Origin: the human T2T-CHM13v2.0 reference genome, Homo sapiens
Assembly (NCBI RefSeq): GCF_009914755.1
Contig: NC_060932.1
Direction: 5' to 3' (one strand)
Length of the DNA stretch: 64,000 nt
Shown here: positions 41,901-55,319 of the stretch, piece after piece
Layout: every line of letters begins with the position of its first letter
Position numbering within the stretch: position 1 is the stretch's first letter
Made by a program: the position numbers and the translations under genes
The notes under the pieces: generated by a model
The model's input: only the letters and a program-made list of their open reading frames with translations
What the model was told of the DNA's origin: nothing
The model's database searches: none

Positions 41901-43759
41901 AAAGTTACAACCCATGCATAGGATGGACTTTAAAAATGGATGTGTAAACTTTTCCATGGTGTTGGTGTGTGTGCTTTCCTTCCCCCTAAAGAAATGCCTA
42001 CTGCTTACAATTTTAAAGAATCTTCACCACTCTGTAATTTTCAACCAGAAGTCCTCAATGTACCTTAAGCCAAATTGAATATTAAGGTATTTTACAGTTT
42101 TTACAAAATGGCTGTAAAATCACATTATGGGCATACACAGCTCTTTGATCTCACTGCACAGAATTCATAACTGTTCAATAATGCTATACCATTACACCAC
42201 ACACCTTAAACTATTTCCATTTTTCCACAATTCCTTCCAAAATCAGCTTCCAAAGCAAAGCAATGTAACATGAAAAGTTCCTGGGAGGGCTTGTTACACA
42301 AAGGAACAGTTTGGATACAAACTATACACATATCCATCTTCGGTTGAGGCTGTTTATCCCTCCTGTCCCTCCATCACTCCTATGGGTGGGTGCACTGGAG
42401 TAACAGAAAGGGAAGGCTCTTCCATCACCACACCCTCCCAGCACCTCTGCTTTTGGTCCTCAGACAGTGATTCTGTGTAGGTGATGAAAACCATAAGAAA
42501 AGAGAAGCTGTCCCTTTAAAATGCCCTGCTCTGTCCCATATCCCACGTGGAACCAACATCAGCAGCACTTTCCCATTAACATCAATGTGATGCAAGAGAC
42601 ATCATCCTTTTATACACATAAAACCAGAAAACCTCAGCTTAACACTCTTTAGGAAGGATGAACAGGTGAAGCAAACATGTCAGGAAGGGGGAAACCAAGC
42701 AACTCCACATCCCTCCCCAAAAGGTACTCCAGCCTTGCACTCCAGCCTCTCTGAGCACCATCACCTCTCTATCCCTCCTCTGCAGAGCCCAGTTTAAAGA
42801 AAGGAGGGAGCCACTAACAAAACCTGAAGCATAAATGCGACGAAAATGCAATCTAAAGCCGGAAAGGTTCATTCTTCCAATCACACATATTAACTCTATT
42901 AAGAAAATGGCATCACTTTTTTTTCCACCCAAAAAAACCCCGCAAAGATCATTAAAAGAGAGTTATAAAATAGCAAATATAGTGTTTATCTTATCTGAGA
43001 TCAGTCCACATTACCAATAAGTTTAGCAGTTTCTGCACTACCACCTCCCCCCTCGCTCCCCCTGCTTCTCTTGCATCGGATTTTCACGTTTTCTCATTGT
43101 CGGTTGAGTTATAAAAGGCTTTTGCCCTTCGAAAGTTTTAAAAAATAAATAAATATTAACTCCTTGGTCCCTGCAAAGTCAAAATGGACTTCAGGGGAAA
43201 GGCGGTACATACTTTTACCTTTAGCGAGAAAAGGGGGAGCATCCCGGATTTTTAGGGATTTTTTGCGATTTTTTAAAAATTTTTATTTGGTTATATGCCT
43301 GAGTTCTCCCTCCATTTTGGTTGTTTATGATACTGACAACAAGCTGTCCCTGCTCTGTGCCGATCTCCTGCTTTCATTTAGCACCCCCTCCCCCTACCCC
43401 CCCTCGCAGCCACACACCCCGGGCTCACACCTCCCTGCAGACCCCGCACCCCGACCCCGGCTTGCCCACCTGAGGAAAGGGCAAAAACAAATTCATTTCT
43501 CCAGAAAAGAAAAACCTCTTTTGAAAAAGGGGCAAAGTTACCCCAAGTCACTCAAAGTGCCCCCCAAATATTGCCGACTGCGGGTTTCCGCCAGGCCCTT
43601 TGGGAAGCGACCTTCCCCCGGGATGTTTTGGTGGAAAATGCGGAGAGTTTACTCTCAAAACTGAATTTATATTAATTTTTCCCTTATTTTTCGGGTCTCT
43701 AATGTCTTCCGCTCTCGCTGCTGCCGCTGCCGCTGTCACAATATTCACAGCACCAGAGA

Positions 43760-43783
43760 GGAGGAGGAGGAGGAGGAGGAGGA
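43760..43783 (+). repeat. (GGA)8 microsatellite
   Basis: Counted directly. Confidence 0.9.
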
Positions 43784-44109
43784 AAACTTTTCAAACTTTC
43801 CAGACCCTGAATAAAGGTTTTTTTTTTTTTCCCACCGACCTCACCTTCGGGTCCCCAGCCGCATCGCCCCCTGCCCTGTCAGAAGCGACTTCGGGAGTCC
43901 TCGCAGCCCCGCGTAATTATTTTATTTTATTTTTTATTATTATTTTTCTCTCTGGGGTCCTGAGCAGGGGCTGAGAGTAGCACAAACTTTTCCTCCTCCT
44001 GCCGCCGCCGCTGCTCCTCTGCCCCCTCGGCTAGTCCCATAATTTAAATAACCCTGATATTTCTCCCGCTAAACGCCTCGCCGCCGCCCCGGACCCCCGG
44101 AGAACTCAC

Positions 44110-44262
44110 CGCGGGGCTTTAACATCCTCCCTCCGGCCCGTCCGCCGCCTCTACACCGCCCGCGGAATTTCTAATAATTTTTTTCTCATATTTCGGGCTG
44201 GACGCGGCGGGCCTGGAAATTGTTTCCTTACGCCTCTTTCCAGCAGCCATTGTAGTGTATGC
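44110..44262 (-). other. PLAG1: PLAG1 non-coding exon 1 (5' end approximate)
   Basis: Donor CCCCGCG|GTGAGT at 44110/44109 inside the CpG island. The start site cannot be fixed from sequence alone. Confidence 0.82.
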
Positions 44263-44777
44263 GCTGCCCCTGCAGCCCAACTTGCAGCTGCCGCCGCCGC
44301 CGCCGCCGCCGCCGCCGACGTCGCGCCCACCGCTGCCTCCCCCTGCCTGTTCGGCCACCGCCCCCGCCTCCCGTCGGCCCGCCCCCAAACCCCGCCCGCC
44401 GCTGCGCCCGCCCCCCGCGCGCGCTCCGCCCGAGAGCTGGCCACTCGGAGCCGCCGCTGGCGGGAGTTGGCCCGCCCATTGGGCCGCGACGCCGCCCGTC
44501 AAGCCGAAGTGTTAAGAGACGGGCCGCGGCTGGGGGGCGCGGTGGGGCGGGGGAAGAGGGGGCGGGGTCGCGCTCACCGCCCCGCCCACTCCTCCCGCCT
44601 CGGCCCTCCTTTCGCCAGGCGGGGGCGGGGCGAGGCCCGACCGCCCCTGCGGCCCAGGGCCCCGCGCGGCTGTCAGTCTGGCGGCGGCGCGCGCCGATTG
44701 GGCGGGCTGCCGCCGGGGAGCGGGGGCAGCAAGTTGGGATGCGCGCTACTTAAGGTCCTGCTGCGTGAGCCATTGAC
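44263..44777. promoter_or_regulatory. PLAG1/CHCHD7 bidirectional TATA-less promoter
   Basis: About 0.5 kb between divergent first exons. GC boxes GGGGCGGGG (44544-44552, 44559-44567, 44622-44630), ATTGG (CCAAT box) at 44478-44482 and 44697-44701, CRE-like TGACGTG at 44774-44780. Confidence 0.88.
44291..44317 (+). repeat. (CCG)9 trinucleotide repeat just upstream of PLAG1 exon 1
   Basis: Nine perfect CCG units counted. Confidence 0.97.
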
Positions 44778-44826
44778 GTGTTTGGAGCTGGAGACGGCCT
44801 GGGTGCTGGCGAAGCGGAGGCCGGAG
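44778..44826 (+). other. CHCHD7: CHCHD7 non-coding exon 1 (5' end approximate)
   Basis: Near-consensus donor GAG|GTGAGT at 44826/44827 in the CpG island, upstream of the CHCHD7 coding exons. Confidence 0.8.
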
Positions 44827-45820
44827 GTGAGTGGTTCCCCCGCCCTACCTCCGAAGCGGCCGCAGAAAAGCGGGGAGAGAGGGGTGCCCTTGGGCCGTAG
44901 CGGGGCCCGAATGCACTTCTGCGGCGCGGAGGCGCTCCCGCCAGGCTTCGCCGCAGCGCGGACCTCTTCCCGTTGCTCTTCCTCCCGCCACACGGGTCTG
45001 TTCGCTCCGGGGGCGAGGAAGATGACCTCTGCCTAGTCCGGGCAACCCCAGCTCTTCTTCCACTCTCCTGTGTAGCCTCTGAAGCGCAGTTACCGGCCCC
45101 ACCCCCAGTTCCCTGCGTTTTCCTCGCCCCTTGTCTCTCTCGGCATGGTCTCGGCACAGCAAGGTGTGTTCACCTGTGCGCGCCGTCCAGGATCAGATGC
45201 TGACGGGCTACACCGCGGAAGGCGGCGAGGCCTCGGGTTCGCCCTTCGTTTCTCCTTGCCCTGCGCGCCCACCTCCGGCAGGCCACCCTTGACTTCTTGC
45301 CCCCTTCCACTTTGCACCTGGCAGTGGGTTAACGGCACGGCGTGTGCAGCTTCCGGGTTTAGCAGAGCCGCGGACCCTGCCTGGGCTCCGACCACGGGGC
45401 GTGTGGGCATGAACGTGTTCAGAAACGTTTCCTTCCCCCTGCCCTTTCAAAGCTACTTAGAGAGGGGGGACGTGAACCACTGGATGGGAAATCAGGAACT
45501 GCTTTATTAAGCAGTTTGCCCTTTGGAGTGGATTTTAGAGTTATCCCCTGAATGTGCTATGGTTTTGTGGCCCCTCCTTCATATCTTTGCTTGGTTTTTC
45601 TTTCTGGTTATGCTCTGCAAGTAGTAGAGCCTTGTAACATTTATTTAGTACATTCAAAAAGTAATAGACAAGGCCCCTTTAGCGGAGCACTCGATGTTGC
45701 AATTCAGCCCCGCTCCTCACTGTAAATTGACATTTCCTCTTCAATTCCAGTTAATACACGAGGAACTCATGCAAAGGAGGGGACTTTCGGAAATCCAAAC
45801 TTAGAGTGCCTTGTATTTAG

Positions 45821-45898
45821 AATCCGGAAGGAAAAGGAAATGAAATGTGAAGAAACTCATGCACCAAACTCGAACTGGGTATATGTGATGTTACCTAG
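45821..45898 (+). other. CHCHD7: CHCHD7 alternative exon with two donors (45878, 45898) encoding N-terminal extensions
   Basis: Acceptor ttgtatttAG at 45819-45820; ATGs at 45840 and 45859; GT at 45879 and 45899. Both routes are in frame with the CDS after splicing to 47587. Confidence 0.7.
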
Positions 45899-46381
45899 GT
45901 ATTATTTTTGAAGAATTTCTGACTGACAATAAAATATAGAGTAGGATACTTTCATGTAAGGCACGAAACTTAAATTTAATGCAAGGTTGTCTGATCCTTG
46001 TTGAGATTATTAAATCTAAGGTGTATGAAGAGTTCTGTGTTCTCACATCATAGGATAGGTGTAAAAAAGAAAGCTGTGAATTTATTTACTATCATCATCT
46101 CTCTTAGGAAGAAGGGAAGTGTGGAAAAAAATTGTCTTCAGGAGAGGAAGAAGCTTGTAGATATAATTGAACAGCATCTTGATTTCTTTTTTGCCAAGAT
46201 GTTACTGTTGGCTGGTTATTTTCTTGTATTGTTCAATGAAAATCATAAAATTATTATTCAGTGATTACTTAATGGACACCAGAATAACCAAACCCTTTTC
46301 CATTCTTTTTTTTGCAAAGGCTGGTCTCCTTTGGCCTGGACGTCCTGATCTTTCCCATAGTAGAACTGGGCTGGGTGTCTC

Positions 46382-46640
<259 letters not shown>

Positions 46641-47063
46641 ACTTTTGCAAAGCTGTATCTCTAGGAATTGAATTGGAAGATTACTGAAGCACAGTAGCAT
46701 TCCCTGACTTCCTGCAACGCAGGGAAATAATTAAAAAGAAGATGCCACTGGAAGTAAAATTTCAACTCTTTTGTTTTTGAAACAGTATAGCTTTTCATAA
46801 TGTCAACTAAGCAATAACTTGGCTTTTTGGTGTGTTGGCTACCCTACTATTGGCCATAAAATAGGCACTCTGGTACTTCAGTTGATGAATGTTTTTGCTA
46901 AAGTTGGACTGTACCGAATTTCATTCTTATTTTGTACGCTAATTGGTGTAAAATAAGGAAGTAATTGTTGGAATGCATACTGTATTCTTAGGTTTTATTA
47001 GTACATTTGGTTGCTTAAACTTAAGAATAAGAGTAAACAACAACTGAATTATAATTGAACTAT

Positions 47064-47359
47064 CTTTCTTTTTCGTTTTTTTGAGACAGGGTCTCTCTCT
47101 GTCACCCAGGCTGGAGTGCACTGGTGCAATCACAGCTCTCTGCAGCCTTGACTTCCTGGGCTATCCCACCTTACTTAGCCTTCCAAGTAGCTGGGACCAC
47201 AGGCACACGGCACGACACCAGGCTAATTTTTGTATTTTTGGTAGAAATGGGGTTTCTCTGTGTCGCCTAGGTTGATCTCGAACTGCTGAGCTTAAGCAGC
47301 CCTCTCGCTCCAGCCTCCCAAAGTGCTGGGATTACAGGCGTGAGACACCGCACCCAGCC
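47064..47359 (-). mobile_element. Alu (AluJ-like) in CHCHD7 intron
   Basis: gagacagggtctctctctgtcacccagg...ctcccaaagtgctgggattacaggcg. Confidence 0.93.
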
Positions 47360-47602
47360 AGTAGATGCATTTCAATCCAATATATGGCCTTTGTGTTGAG
47401 GCATGGCAATACAAAGGAAAAACACGTTCAAGTTTTTATTCACAAAGTACAGAGAATACATGAAGTTCCTCACTAAGTGATCATTATGCCAAAATCAAAA
47501 TTTCAGGTACTTTTAGTGCTATTGAGATGTATTGATTTATTTTCTGTCAACTACTGTATAATTATTTTTTTTCTGTCTACCCTCAGTAAGAAGACTGTTA
47601 GA

Positions 47603-47656
47603 ATGCCCTCGGTAACACAGAGGCTGAGAGATCCTGACATAAATCCTTGTTTGTCG
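47603..47656 (+). CDS. CHCHD7: CHCHD7 coding exon 1 (MPSVTQRLRDPDINPCLS); exon begins at 47587
   Basis: Acceptor ...ctaccctcAG at 47585-47586, ATG at 47603, donor TCG|GTAGGA; peptide visible inside ORF track 47477..47746. Confidence 0.95.
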
Positions 47657-48366
47657 GTAGGATGGTTTGCTTTAATTTTCATGAGTGTTAAGTTGGAAAA
47701 ACAGGCTGCTCTAGTTTTGTGGGCCTTTGTTTTCTGCAGTTGTTGAATAAAGTTATTTCTCTAGAAAAAATATTGTTGGCCAGCATATCCTATTTAACTA
47801 GAGCATTTTTAGATGTTTATAATTTCTCTAACAAACATTCATCTTTTCTTTAGTTTTCCTTATTTGTATAATATGCAAGCATTTGGTTGTCACTGTAAAA
47901 CTAGACAGGAAAATGTAACACTGAGAATATTTAGTCCAAACATGGAAAACTGGAAGGTATGATATTTTTAAACTGTCACTGACATTTATTGTTTCACTAG
48001 CAATAATATCACCATGTCCTTGACAACCTGGCTGAGAGTAATGGGCTGATAATATAATTAGCCTATTTAAAGCTTAAAGGTTTTCACAAAGGTATCTGAT
48101 AAACAAAATGTTTTAAGAGTAAGCTTTTATTGGCATTTATTTGGTATGATTTGCGATACTTACTTGTGGCTTTGCTACGTTTGAATAATGTAGTTATCAT
48201 ACTGGTCCCATGAAAATTATACTCTTTAGTTATATGCATTTTCCAAATATATACATTCATTAAATATTTGGCACAGAAATTCAGCTTTGTTCTGTTTACG
48301 TAGAACATGTTTCTTAGATATGTGTTGCAAACTGTCTACCCATATAGCTAAAGCTTTCCTTTAGAT

Positions 48367-48709
48367 CTGTGTTCCCCAACCTTTTGGGCACCAAGGACCG
48401 GTTTTGTGGAAGACAATTTTTCCACGGATGGGGAAGGGGGCGGGCGTCAAAAGGCATTAGATTCTCCTAAGGAGCTTGCAGCCTAGATCCCTCACATGCA
48501 CGCAGTTCACAATAGGGTTCGTGATATTAGATCCCACAATAGGGATCTAATAGCATTAGATGAGAATCTAATGCTGCCACTGATGTGACAGGAAGGGGAG
48601 CTCAGGCGGTAAGGCTCACTTGCCCATTGCTCATCTCCTGCTATCTGGCCGGGTTCCTAACAGACCGAAGACCAGTACCACTTTGTGGCCTGGGGGTTGG
48701 GGACCCCTG
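48367..48709 (+). mobile_element. MER1-type hAT-Charlie DNA transposon fossil
   Basis: Ends ctgtgttccccaacc / ggttggggacccctg; 8-bp duplication ctttagat (48359-48366) and ctttaggt (48710-48717), the size typical of hAT elements. Confidence 0.85.
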
Positions 48710-49421
48710 CTTTAGGTGACCTCACAGAATCATACCTTTCACTTTTAAGTTTGTTATTCAATCTACTTCCAGTTCACACAGCTTAAATTTAATCCCCATG
48801 TGGCACCTACTTTCCTTTGAATTTATAGCTTGTGTTGTTGACTTCGGTTTTGAAGTAATATCTATTAAAATTGCTTATATAATAGTGTATTTGTATAATG
48901 GAGTAAATGGTAGCCAAAAATGCATTGAGATGAATGGTGTTAATTTAGGTTGTCTTGTTGTAGACCAGTTATTAGTGATTTACTTGGAATCTTGAAACCA
49001 ATATTATGATCAAACATTGAAGCCAAAGTGAAAATCTGGAAAAACAGGAGAGATGTACTGTGAGTCAGGAGATGGATTCTGATTCTAGTTGTGCAGTAGT
49101 CATTTAACACATTGCACCTTGCCTCAGTTTCTTACTAAAATGGTTACTGGATTAATTGATCACAGTTATTTGGCTCAAATTCCTGTGATCACATATTCAG
49201 AAAACTGGCCCACATTATAAAAAGGAAGATGTTAGCCTGAGCAGAGTGCATACTGGGATAGCTGGCGAGATTGTCCAGTTTTTATTAGTCTACCCATCAA
49301 AATGAACACAAATGAACTATTTCACATTATTTGCTTCTGGGGAAGCAGCTTTTGTTTGTTTGTTTGTTTGCTTTTAGATCCTGTTCTACCTTTTAAATGA
49401 TGCCTCTCTTATATCTGTAAG

Positions 49422-49520
49422 GAATCTGATGCTTCCACCAGATGTCTGGATGAAAATAACTATGACAGGGAAAGGTGTTCCACTTACTTCTTGAGGTACA
49501 AAAACTGCCGGAGATTCTGG
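49422..49520 (+). CDS. CHCHD7: CHCHD7 coding exon 2 ([33 protein letters not shown])
   Basis: AG at 49420-49421, 33 open codons, donor TGG|GTAAGC. Completes the twin CX9C motif (C16-C26, C37-C47). Confidence 0.95.
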
Positions 49521-50319
49521 GTAAGCCTAGATTGGTTAGCTTTGTGTTAAAACCCATCTCCTAGGGTTGAAACTGAAGCCTAAAATTAGTCAGTACCCAC
49601 AATCCTTTCCCACTGATGGCTGTAGGGAAACTTAACTTTTCAACTTTATCCTCTGTGTGCTACTTTAGCCGTGAAAGATCCTTGAGAGCTCTTGTTAGCT
49701 GCCTCGTCGTCCTCTAAGCTATAAGAATGCAGTTTTAATATAGGTGGGTCTTCTTAGACATTTAAGTATCTGCAGCCCTAAAACAATGTCTTTGTTATAA
49801 ATTTAGTTTTCCTGGAGATGAACAGAATGTTTAACTTCCCTTGTCATAACACATCATGTTAGGCTTCAATTTCTGCCTTTTTCTCTCTCACTGCCATCCG
49901 TGGAAGTTAAAATGGTCCATTTTTCTGAAAACATTGGTATATAATTTCTGTTTCCTTGAACCACGGGATCCAGCTATTTCCTTTCGCTTTGCTAAATGCA
50001 CTGTTGGTTTTATTTCACGATTATTCAGTAGCTCTTCTTGACAGACTGTATATACTTTTGTACTTTGTACTTTGTATATTCTCATCCCAATTGCTGTTAA
50101 TGTATTCCTGTGGGAATGAGTACTTCTATTTAATTGTTACTAATTTAAATACGTTTATCTGGAGTCCTATAATTAGGTTTTGGGATTTTTTTTTTAAAAA
50201 AAACTTGGTTTTTAGAATTTCCTTTTTGAGGAAGCAATAGCAAATTACTGGCAAATGATTAGCATTTAATACATGACTGATTTTGGTTTCTTCTTTTTTA
50301 TTTTAATGCCTGTACACAG

Positions 50320-50424
50320 AATTCTATCGTGATGCAGAGAAGAAAGAACGGAGTGAAGCCATTTATGCCTACGGCAGCAGAAAGAGATGAAATCTTGAGA
50401 GCAGTGGGAAATATGCCCTATTGA
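50320..50424 (+). CDS. CHCHD7: CHCHD7 last coding exon ([34 protein letters not shown])
   Basis: Pyrimidine tract plus AG at 50318-50319; TGA at 50422-50424; total 85 aa. Confidence 0.95.
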   Translation, partial: NSIVMQRRKNGVKPFMPTAAERDEILRAVGNMPY

Positions 50425-50432
50425 ATGTTTGC

Positions 50433-51589
50433 ATTAAAAGTGTTTATATAACTTAGAAGCAGATGAATATTTCTAATAAATGATTGCTGTAATATTTAAG
50501 ACTGTACACCCCTCACCCAGACAGACCTTAAGTTCTTCAAGTGGAGACAGTGAAGTCACCCCGTGTCCTTTTTGCTTGCTCTCAGTGCCATGCCGATGGT
50601 ATGTTGCTGTTGGCTGTGTTGTGGCATGAGTTTGCATGACTTTCTGGAGGCATGGAGTTAGGTAAGGCTACATGAGAAATTGAGCTTTTCCACTGGGTTT
50701 TGAAAGAAGAGTATGATGTGAACAAGTAAAGACTGAATGGGGCTGAGATGAAGGCAATGTTTCCAAGGAAAGGAAATGTTATGAGCAAGAGTGTGAGGCA
50801 AGAGAAGCTGGAACCACATTCAGAGAGTATCCTGTAGATTGCTCCACCTAGAATCTCAGGTGGGTGGAGCAGTGGTGGGAGAAGACTGGAAAGGTAAGTT
50901 GAAGGTAAGGAATGTGTGGTGGGCCTCAGATCCCAGGCTCATTCCTCAAATCACTTCTTACTTCCCTCACTTATCTTTGTTTAAATAAGGTTAGTACATT
51001 CACTAGGGGCAAATGGGTTTTTCTAAATAAATGACATAAAAAAGAACTGGTTGTCTTTCTTTAAAGAAAGTCTTAGTTACAGGATTCTGTGATTAAAATC
51101 CTTAAATATTGGGTTGCCTTCTGCAGCTGTAGTATCAGTTTTTGAACCACAGTAATGGGAAGAAAGACAAATGGATTCCCTTAGAAGTAAGATTTCTATT
51201 TGCAGGATGAGTTGGGCAGGGAAAAGGGTCAGGGTTCATCAGGTGAACTCAACACTGGGATGAGACTAGAACTTCACTTTATGATATAAACACAATACGA
51301 TTATTCAATGTGGTGACTGGGGTAGACTGTGAAGCAGCCCTCCTTATGCCCACTGCCTTTTAGAATCGTTTGTTTTATTCATGGTAGTTTTATGAAGACA
51401 TACTATTATTGAATGAAATTTAATGTGTACTTGAAAACATTGCTTTTGTCCCTTCTCTTCATCTGGTCTTGGGTCAAGAACATTGTTTTAATGGCTGCCG
51501 ACAATGAACTGTCTGTCTGAGTCTAAAACCAAGCTCAGGTTTCTAAGCCACATGACCTTGATTGTTAAATGTAGTTATATTTGAATAAA
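50433..51589 (+). terminator. Candidate tandem polyadenylation signals of CHCHD7
   Basis: ATTAAA 50433-50438; AATAAA at 50475-50480, 51025-51030 and 51584-51589. Confidence 0.6.
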
Positions 51590-51948
51590 AAATGAATCAT
51601 TTCCAAAATTCTTTTGATTTGTATTGACTGCTATAAAAATGATGGATTAAAATAGGACCAGAAAAGAATGAATGCCTACCTGTGTAAGAAGTATTTTTGT
51701 ATTTTTAAGCACACTTGTTAAAGGGCTTGGAATTTTAATGTCACTCCTTTGAAGGTACATACCAATATCAACATTCATCTTGTAACTAGTTGTCCTGATG
51801 CCACTCTTGTTGAGTCTTTATTTTCAGTACCTTTGCCTTATTGCTGAGCACTTCAGGTAAAGACTTGGACACCTGCCTTCCCACCAGGCCCTCGTGCCCG
51901 CTGGGCCTCTGGGTTGAGGTTGATGTAGTTCAAGAACTGCAGTTGGCT

Positions 51949-52244
<296 letters not shown>

Positions 52245-52312
52245 AAGAACTGCAGTTGGCTTACCAGTGGCACTCTGTAGGGAGCTATAGTTCTGGAGAT
52301 TGCGGAAGAAAC

Positions 52313-52602
52313 TTTTTTTTTGAGATGAGTGTCGCTCTGTTGCCTAGGCTGGAGTGCAGCGGTATTATCTTGGCTTACTGGAACCTCTGCCTGCCAGGTT
52401 GAAGTGATTCTCGTGCCTCAGCCTCCCAAGTAGCTGGGACTACAGGCACCCATCACCATGCCCAGCTAATTTTTGTATTTTTAGTAGAGATGGGGTTTCA
52501 CCATGTTGCCAGGCTGGTCTCAAACTCCTGGCCTCAAGTGATCCACCTGCCTCAGCCTCCTAAAGTGCCAGAATTACAGGCATGAGTCACTGCAACTGGC
52601 CC
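52313..52602 (-). mobile_element. Alu (AluS-like)
   Basis: Antisense Alu body. Confidence 0.93.
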
Positions 52603-52769
52603 AGGGGAGAAACGTTTAAATGCTCAGGACCAAGGGATAGCTCAGTCCAAACCTGGATGTGGGGGCAGAACTAGAGCTGCAGGGTTCGAGTGATCACCAG
52701 AGCCTCCCTCCTAGGACTGTGGCACATGGAGTCCACACAAAGACATGCTCTTACTTGACTTCCTGAAAG

Positions 52770-54615
<1,846 letters not shown>

Positions 54616-55319
54616 GCACAGCTCTTTGATGATTGGTTTCTATAAGTGTGTTTTTTATAAAGTACTTTCAATGACAAACTAATTGTTTTGGGATTTTTAA
54701 TCAGCAAATCCTTAACATATATGTAATGACTCTGTCCAGGCAAAACTTGTTCAGTTTAAAATTTGTCTTCAGTAATTCCCTAATTCCTAGTTTACCTCTT
54801 TACACCTACCCTGAAAACTTCAGTATACTCTTCTTATAACCTGGTTGTTCAAGATCTCATGGCACCACTTTTGAGTGGCAGTCTTGGGAGTTTTTCTCAT
54901 CACCACTGTTAAATTTGCCTCTGTTGTATTTATTTCCCTTTCCAAGATTCTACTTTGGGAGAGGTGAAGCTAATTAATTTGATAAATTGTGTCAGTGGGC
55001 GCCATGAGAAATTTTGGCGTCGGCAAGCCTTTGATATCAATTATCAACTGACAAAATATAGAGAAGGCATTTTGCTGTGTTCATGTGCATCTCTGTCCTG
55101 CAGGAACCATCTTATTACAGATTCTCAGTGGGTTGGGGGAGGATGGTGCACTGTGTCTGTAGCACGGAAAAGCATCTTTTTTTTTTTTCCTTTTTGAGAA
55201 TCGGATCTAGTATTTGTAAGCTCCTGGAGGACATAATATCATTCACGGTTATAGCCATAATGCCTGGTCTGCTTCTATTATATAGTAAATGGTCAACAAA
55301 TGTGTGTGTTTGAGGAGGT

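Larger units (their letters stand above)
43050..45470. promoter_or_regulatory. CpG island covering both first exons
   Basis: Abrupt rise in GC and CpG density against AT-rich flanks; limits judged by eye. Confidence 0.9.

Noticed and set aside
43164-45510. Many Pro/Arg/Gly/Ala-rich ORFs on both strands
   Set aside because: CpG-island artefact; only the ATG-initiated portions inside PLAG1 exon 1 were kept as uORFs.
47477-47746. 89-aa ORF as an unspliced CHCHD7 form
   Set aside because: Runs through intron sequence on both sides of a clear exon; the spliced model explains it.
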